Program-made: the position numbers and the translations under genes | Shown: positions 58,571-64,000 of the stretch, piece by piece | Position numbering within the stretch: position 1 is the first letter of the stretch | How the letters are laid out: the number at the start of each line of letters is the position of its first letter | Virus record (IMG/VR): IMGVR_UViG_3300024249_000006 | Coordinates: 2,880-66,879 of that record | Length of the DNA stretch: 64,000 nt | Reading direction: 5' to 3' (one strand) | From: a virus | Taxonomy: Duplodnaviria; Caudoviricetes | Notes under the pieces: generated by a model | What the model was told of the DNA's origin: nothing | Seen by the model: only the letters and a program-made list of their open reading frames with translations | Databases searched by the model: none

Positions 58571-60597
58571 TCGCTCCGCGGAATATCGCCGAATAGCCGT
58601 CTGAGGGTGGCCTGCTTGGCCTCGCTCTCGCGCAACGTAGGCGTCGCCTCCTCCATTGTGCGGAACCGCGTGCGACCGATTTCATAAACCCAGGTCTCGG
58701 CTTTCGCGTTGCACAGGCTGCACCACGGATTGATCGTTTGCTCCTGCAGCGCCGCTTGCACGGCCTGTCGCAATGGCGATGCGATGCTCACCATCGCCTC
58801 CTGGCCACTGTTGGCCTCGCCGGCGAGCGCCAGGATCGCATGCCGACCAGGGCACAGGCATTGCGCCACCCAGACGCGTTTCATAAGTCGCACTCACCAT
58901 GGATCGGGCAGGCCGCCTCAAGCATGCGTTGCGATGCCGCCTTATCCTCGGCGTCGCGTGCCAGCTCACCCTCGGTCAGCGGCCTCCGGTGCATGATCTC
59001 GGCTTTCCGATCGAGGCGCGCGATCTCCATCTCTAAATATCGCTCGTAGCAGATGCGGCGGCAGATCCGGCGCGTGTACTCCGACACGCTCATTGCTGCT
59101 GCACCCCGTTCACAGTCATCCGCTTGGCCATGCTGCGCGCGTCGTTGTCCTGGTCTTCATCACGTCGCACGCCCACGCCTCTGACCTCGTGCCACTGGCC
59201 TGCCTTGTCGAAGGGCGGAGGGAACACGACAAGCGCGTCGCTGCTGTTCCAGCGGACGATGGTGGCAAGCTGCCACTGCTCGGCCATCCGCAACATGAAC
59301 GCGCGCAACTCAGGTGCCCTCCAGGCGTCGCGGTATGCCGGATCGCACCACACGGTCACCACGTTGACGCGGCGCGTCTCACCGGTGCTCTCGTCGGCCA
59401 TCAGGTCGATGTGGTCGGGCACGATGTCGATGACGTAGTGGGCCCGATCGGGCCTCGGCATTCCTTCGGTCGCTGTCCGATCCGACACCCATCGGCACGA
59501 CCATGTGCGGCAGGCGTATGGACGGGTGGCGTAGATCGCGCATCCCTTGCTGTGACGCTGATGCTCGCATCGCTGATTGGCGGGCTTGTCGAGTACTGGT
59601 AGGGGCAAAAGTTTGCAGCACAACGAGCATGAGCCACACACGCGCCCGGTGCCCTTGTCGTCGAACGTGAGCGTCAACGTGCCGTCCGGTGCCTCGGCGT
59701 ATGTCATGTGGTCGCCGCCCAGCTGCAGGCGTCCCTCGGCCCACTCACGCTCGCGCTGGAAGGCTTTCCCAAACCGCATCATGTCGCTCATCACTCGATC
59801 CCTTCGATCCATCGGCGCACCGCGGGAACGCCGCCGGTAGCGGTGCGCGGTCATGATTGCCGCGCCGCGAGTCGGAGTAGGTCAGCCGTCACCTCGTCCT
59901 CTGTGCGATCGTAGATGTCAGCCACAAGGCAGGCGGTGACACTGGGAATGCCGCAGCCGTCTTCGTCCAGCCAGCCAGTGTCATCGTTGTCCACTATCCA
60001 CTCCAGCGCGCGGCTGTAGCTCATCGTGGAGCGGCGCTTGGTCATGGCGTTATGCGCGCGCCGGCGCTGACTTGCCGCAGGCGGCGAGGAATCCGGCTCA
60101 TAGCAGGTGTCTCGCGAGCAGACCGCCGATGATGGCGCCGATCACGCCGACAGCGAAAACCCATGGTGCCATGCGCCAGTCGCGCCACAGCTTGTGTTCC
60201 TCGGCGCGTAGTTTCTCCGCCTCGCGTTCCAGCTTGTGCCGTTCGGCGCCAAACTTGATCGTCTCAGCGAACAGCTTGTTGGTCTCGGCTCGATCGCGAT
60301 CGATGCGCGCCAGCTCGGCGCGGAGGTCCAACTCCGTCTGGTCGCTCATGATGATCGGGCCTCGCGTTGCTGGATGCGCTCGAGCTTGCGCTCAAGGCGG
60401 TTGATCTGAGGTTGGCGCTTGGCCAGCTCGCGGCTGTCGAGGTCGCCAAGGAAGGTCGCCTGCTTGATCTTGCACCGTAGCGACGGGCACACCATGCGCG
60501 CCCGCAACGAGGCCAGATCGCGCAGCCTTGCGATCTCGACGCGGATCTCGTCGGGCGTCATTGGATGCTGCCTTTCCATAGCGGGTTGATGCTCCAC
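58567..60597 (-). CDS. Leftward small-gene cluster including a YkgJ-like CxxCxxCC protein (59090..59854)
   Basis: CGSCSLCCK..C.H..C.IY..RP..C..W.C.W motif; other ORFs coupled by overlaps. Confidence 0.55.
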
Positions 60598-61053
60598 AGC
60601 GCCTTAAGATCGAGGCACGCATCACGCTCGCGTATCATCATCTCCCTCCGCACGCGGCCGACCTCCAGCAGAGGCAGATCCCCGCTGGCGTTTCCGAATT
60701 GGCGGTCAGCGAGACGGCGTGCCGCGCGCTGGAACTCGTCGGATGTTACGCAGCCAGAGCCGCGAGATAGGGCTAGCGATGGGTCAGGATCCGGGGTTAC
60801 GCCAGCAGAGCCCCACACAATGAGCGCCAGCACGCCACCAAAGATACAAGCCGCCCCGATCCCGATCTGGCCTCCTAACGAGGTCGTGGCAGAGGGCGCT
60901 CCTGAATGGCCCATTCTAACTGGCCCGGTGTCCACCAGCTTGGTTGGAGCACGCGGAGCATCGAGCCCCGAATGGCCCATTCTAACTGTCGTGTTGTTCA
61001 TAGTTTCAATCCTGATAGCCGCTTGTGGGGGTGATAGCCGCATGTCGGGGGAG

Positions 61054-61251
61054 CTAATCGATCGCTGGTGCTGGGTTCTTGCGGTGCGCGTCCGCCAGTA
61101 CCTGCAGCCACTGCGCGACCTCGTCGGGCACCGGATAGTCGCCGGCCGCCCATCGCCGTATGCGTGTCGGTGGAACGCCAAGCCGATCGGCGGCGCCTCG
61201 CAGCGTCCAGCCGATCAGATCGAGGCAGCGGGTGAACTGCCTGGGCGTCAC
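61054..61251 (-). CDS. Small HTH protein, paralog A
   Basis: MTPRQF..L..IGW...AADRLG....IRRWAAG.YPVP..VAQWL. Confidence 0.75.
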   Translation of the reverse strand: MTPRQFTRCLDLIGWTLRGAADRLGVPPTRIRRWAAGDYPVPDEVAQWLQVLADAHRKNPAPAID

Positions 61252-62030
61252 GCCACGCGCGCCCTGGCGCGCAGCTGTGGCCTCGGGTTCTGTTCCAGGT
61301 AGGCCGTCAGCCCCTCCAGCCAGTCGGAGACGTCCTGCGGGATGTCCAGCTTGCCAGATGCCCAGCGCCGCACCGTGCGGTCGTCAGCGTTGATCCAGCC
61401 CGCGATATCGCGGCTGTTCATCGCCAGGACGTCGAGCGCCTGCCGGAAGCGTTCGGCCGTCATCCTGATAGCCGCGCGTGGGAGTGGGCTGTCGATGTCG
61501 ATCGCCGCACGCGGCACCGTCAGCTGAACCTCGCTGCCGCGCTTCGGCGTTTCGAGGCGTGGCGCGAGCGCCAGGGCGTCTCCAAGTGTCAGGACGTCGT
61601 CGCACTGCACGAAGCCAGTGTCGACGTCGCTGTGGCGCCCGATGTACCAGTCAGGCTTCTCAACGTCGCCATCGAGCCCGTTATCGATCGTGCAGATCCA
61701 CAGCGTGCTGCCGTCGTTGGTCGCACGCATCCACGCCCAGCAGCCGCCTCCGGTTGGTTGCGCTGCGTAGCCGTGCGCCAGGATCACCTTGCGCGCCGAA
61801 TGCTCGCCGGGGTTCAGCTCGGCGAGCACTTTGATCGGCGTGTTGAGCGGGTGGAGATGCACCACATTGCGCGCTGAGCTGCGTGCAGGCACCTGTATAT
61901 GCGTGTCGTCCGACAACGGCAGAAAGGCGGTAGTGTTCCAACGGAACGTCTTGCCCGTGCTCAAGTCGGTCGTCGTGCGGTAGCCGCATGTTCCGGATAG
62001 CCGCGCGTGGTCCCCGATGCGTTCGATCAT
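61248..62030 (-). CDS. Hypothetical domain fused in frame to HTH paralog B (HTH part 61248..61463)
   Basis: MIERIGD.. at 62030 runs in frame into MTAERF..VRRWASG..IP..V.DWL. Confidence 0.6.
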   Translation of the reverse strand: MIERIGDHARLSGTCGYRTTTDLSTGKTFRWNTTAFLPLSDDTHIQVPARSSARNVVHLHPLNTPIKVLAELNPGEHSARKVILAHGYAAQPTGGGCWAWMRATNDGSTLWICTIDNGLDGDVEKPDWYIGRHSDVDTGFVQCDDVLTLGDALALAPRLETPKRGSEVQLTVPRAAIDIDSPLPRAAIRMTAERFRQALDVLAMNSRDIAGWINADDRTVRRWASGKLDIPQDVSDWLEGLTAYLEQNPRPQLRARARVA

Positions 62031-62353
62031 GTCGCCCCCTGAGAGTTGCTGATCGAAGGTGTGATCGAAATTAGGCCAGCCTGGAACACGACATCGACCG
62101 CGGCGCAGGTTGGGAATGCGTCGTGCACGTCCTGGCCGCTGATATCGATGATGGGCTTCCCGTCCGGTCTGCCCGACACCTTGCGTGCGGTGCCCTCGCC
62201 CTCGGTCAGCGTCAGTGTCATCAGGCCCAGCGTGGCCGGTGACCAGTAGCGCGCGCCCGGGATGAACCCCGCCCGCGTCAGACGCGGACCATCGATCCAG
62301 ATCCGCCGGCGCCCACGGTTGAGGCCGACCTTGAAGGTTGCGCGCTCGGTCAT
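62027..62353 (-). CDS. AbrB/SymE-like swapped-hairpin protein
   Basis: RIWIDGPRLTRAGFIPGARY..VSGRPDGKPIIDI; GGAG RBS. Confidence 0.55.
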   Translation of the reverse strand: MTERATFKVGLNRGRRRIWIDGPRLTRAGFIPGARYWSPATLGLMTLTLTEGEGTARKVSGRPDGKPIIDISGQDVHDAFPTCAAVDVVFQAGLISITPSISNSQGAT

Positions 62354-62820
62354 GACCGCGCTCCCTTGCAGCTGATGCGCGAGGGATCCGGCGCCAGCCT
62401 CGCGCCATACAGCGCCTCCTGATAGCCGCTTGTGGGGGTGGTCGCCGCGCGTGGGGCGTTGATCTCCGCATCCACGAGTGCCTGAATTTCGGCCGCCACC
62501 GAGAACGCGTAAGCGGTCGGTCGGTCGTGGGCCAGCGCCAGGGCGGCGCGCAACCCCCGCAGGTAATCGTTCTCAGGGAGCGGGAGCGGCGGCGAGGGCG
62601 CATCGTCCAGCTGCCAGTCCGCCGTCCGCCGTGTGCCCTCAGGGGTCACGTAGGCCAGCCAGACCTTGGGGTTGTTGGCCTCTTTGCACCAAGCGACTTC
62701 CATCGCCTCGCTATGCAGCTTGCAGTGCCTCTGGGCGGCCTTCAGGGCGCGTTCGGCGCTGCTGTAGTAGCGATGCGGCGCACCGTATCCGCCGGTCTTA
62801 ATCGTGCAGTAAAGCGACAT
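62350..62820 (-). CDS. Hypothetical protein
   Basis: AGAGGGA RBS before ATG at 62820. Confidence 0.5.
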   Translation of the reverse strand: MSLYCTIKTGGYGAPHRYYSSAERALKAAQRHCKLHSEAMEVAWCKEANNPKVWLAYVTPEGTRRTADWQLDDAPSPPLPLPENDYLRGLRAALALAHDRPTAYAFSVAAEIQALVDAEINAPRAATTPTSGYQEALYGARLAPDPSRISCKGARS

Positions 62821-62977
62821 GGTTGGGGTGGTCCCTCTGAAGTGGTGAGGCAAAGTGCCTGCACCGATGGATGTTATGGCGCGATATGCGCCACCCTGGC
62901 AAGTGTCCTGGCGCAGGGGAAAGCCAGCGCCGCAGCGCTGGCAGACCTCCTCGTCCGGATAGCCGCTTGTGGGTAGA

Positions 62978-63217
62978 TCAGGCCTCGGCCGCCTCAACGG
63001 TGAAGCTGTCGCCCGGGTAGATCAGGCCACACTCTTCGATCATCTCGACGAGGGTTTGCGCGACCGTCTTCGCCGCGGCCTCGTCCTGCGGGTCGACGAC
63101 GTCAACGACCCTGGTGTCGAGCTCTCCGCCAGGGTTGCTCATGCGGACTGTGACTTTCATAGCGTGGTCTCCGTTAGATGGTTGTGGGGGGTGGGTTGTC
63201 GTGGTGAACCGCGGCAA
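62978..63217 (-). CDS. Small acidic hypothetical protein
   Basis: MKVTVRMSNPGGELD.. after GGAG. Confidence 0.5.
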   Translation of the reverse strand: MPRFTTTTHPPQPSNGDHAMKVTVRMSNPGGELDTRVVDVVDPQDEAAAKTVAQTLVEMIEECGLIYPGDSFTVEAAEA

Positions 63218-63371
63218 GGCACTCCAGCCATTGCGCGACGGCCTCAGGCACCGGGTAGACCCCGGCTGCCCAGCGGCGGATGCGGATCTCTGTAACGCCC
63301 AGGCGATCTGCTACGCGCCGCATGCTCCAGCCGATGGCTGTGAGGCATTCTTGAAAGCGTTCGGGTGTCAT
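63174..63371 (-). CDS. Small HTH protein, paralog C
   Basis: MTPERF..L..IGW...VADRLG....IRRWAAG.YPVP..VAQWL. Confidence 0.75.
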   Translation of the reverse strand: MTPERFQECLTAIGWSMRRVADRLGVTEIRIRRWAAGVYPVPEAVAQWLECLAAVHHDNPPPTTI

Positions 63372-63381
63372 GGATGGCCCC

Positions 63382-63639
63382 TCAAACGAACGTGGCGCCG
63401 TGCCACGTCAGATCCGTCCAGATCCGGCCAAGCGCATCACGCGTGACCGTCGCCACGAGCTCATCCTGGCGACGCTTAGCGGTCTGGGTGGTCTGCGCGA
63501 TCTCCACGCGGATGCCGCGGCGAGCGGCGTGCCAGCGTGCGAAATGCTCGGCCTCGTCGAACGTGGCGCGCTCGCCGAGGTAGCAACGGCCGGTGACGGA
63601 AGTCATGTCGTGGATGTCGAAACGGATAGTGGTCTTCAT
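63382..63639 (-). CDS. Hypothetical protein
   Basis: AGAGGGA RBS before ATG at 63639. Confidence 0.55.
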   Translation of the reverse strand: MKTTIRFDIHDMTSVTGRCYLGERATFDEAEHFARWHAARRGIRVEIAQTTQTAKRRQDELVATVTRDALGRIWTDLTWHGATFV

Positions 63640-63842
63640 TGGGGGATGTCCCTCTAAATCGGGCGAGGCATGATCGCCTGCACCGCAGGAATTACATGGC
63701 GCATAATGCGCCGCAGTTCAAGTTCTAAATCGATCCGGATAGCCGCATGTCGGGGGGTGTTCCGGATAGCCGCGCGTGGGGGGTTCTTCGTGATAGCCGC
63801 TTGTAGGGGGGTGGGATCCTGATAGCCGCTTGTAGGGGGGGC

Positions 63843-63993
63843 GCCAGGGTCGGGCCCATGGCGTGCCTGTCGCCAGGGTCGGGCCCATGGCGTGCCTGTC
63901 GACCAGGGTCGGGCCCATGGCGTGCCTGTCGCCAGGGTCGGGCCCATGGCGTGCCTGTCGACCAGGGTCGGGCCCATGGCGTGCCTGTCGACC
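63843..63993. repeat. Tandem 29/30-bp repeat (G[A]CCAGGGTCGGGCCCATGGCGTGCCTGTC), 5 copies
   Basis: Identical units alternating GCC/GACC starts, running to the window end. Confidence 0.95.
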
Positions 63994-64000
63994 GGGGCGG

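Larger units (their letters stand above)
61014..63838. repeat. Dispersed GATAGCCGC-NN-GT-N-GGG motif, 9 copies
   Basis: Starts at 61014, 61033, 61467, 62421, 62958, 63738, 63765, 63792, 63821. Confidence 0.9.

Noticed and set aside
62031-62603. N-terminal part of the 451-aa ORF 61248..62603
   Set aside because: Overlaps better-supported genes 62027..62353 and 62350..62820 in other frames; real start probably 62030.
63843-63993. CRISPR array at the window end
   Set aside because: Units are contiguous with no unique spacers.
1-64000. Integrase, tRNA, rRNA, transposase, small terminase
   Set aside because: None recognised by eye; terS and possibly an integrase may lie outside the window; a tRNAscan/HMM run would be needed to exclude them.

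Overview
GC-rich, near-complete genome of a tailed (siphovirus-like, HK97-fold) phage or prophage, probably of an alphaproteobacterial host. It starts inside terL and reads rightward through a tail-fibre cassette unusually placed between terL and portal, then portal, protease, capsid, a glycosyltransferase/methyltransferase pair, head-tail genes, two tandem tail-tube paralogs, a -1 frameshifted chaperone, a 2316-aa tape measure, tail-tip genes and a Tae/BPSL0067-like amidase (1-33.8 kb). A mostly leftward accessory region (33.9-50.3 kb) holds two PEP-CTERM proteins, a beta-helix protein, an RHH plus Rep-like module, a QueF-like/DpdA-like pair, Sak4/ExoVIII recombination genes and a double-HTH repressor. 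A rightward cro/GapR/RuvC/MT-A70/replication/DUF6456/C5-MTase block follows (50.4-58.6 kb), then a leftward repeat-rich end (58.6-64 kb). The standout is 44.3-46.2 kb: a stand-alone Cas7/Csm3-like RAMP gene and a coupled 154-aa gene, followed at once by a ~600-nt non-coding array. On the transcribed strand the array reads (GGY-NN)n in units of about 9-18 pentamers separated by GGCGGTC, which makes it a candidate non-CRISPR RNA-guided system. No integrase, reverse transcriptase, tRNA or classical CRISPR array was seen. All family calls come from reading motifs by eye; no database searches were run.
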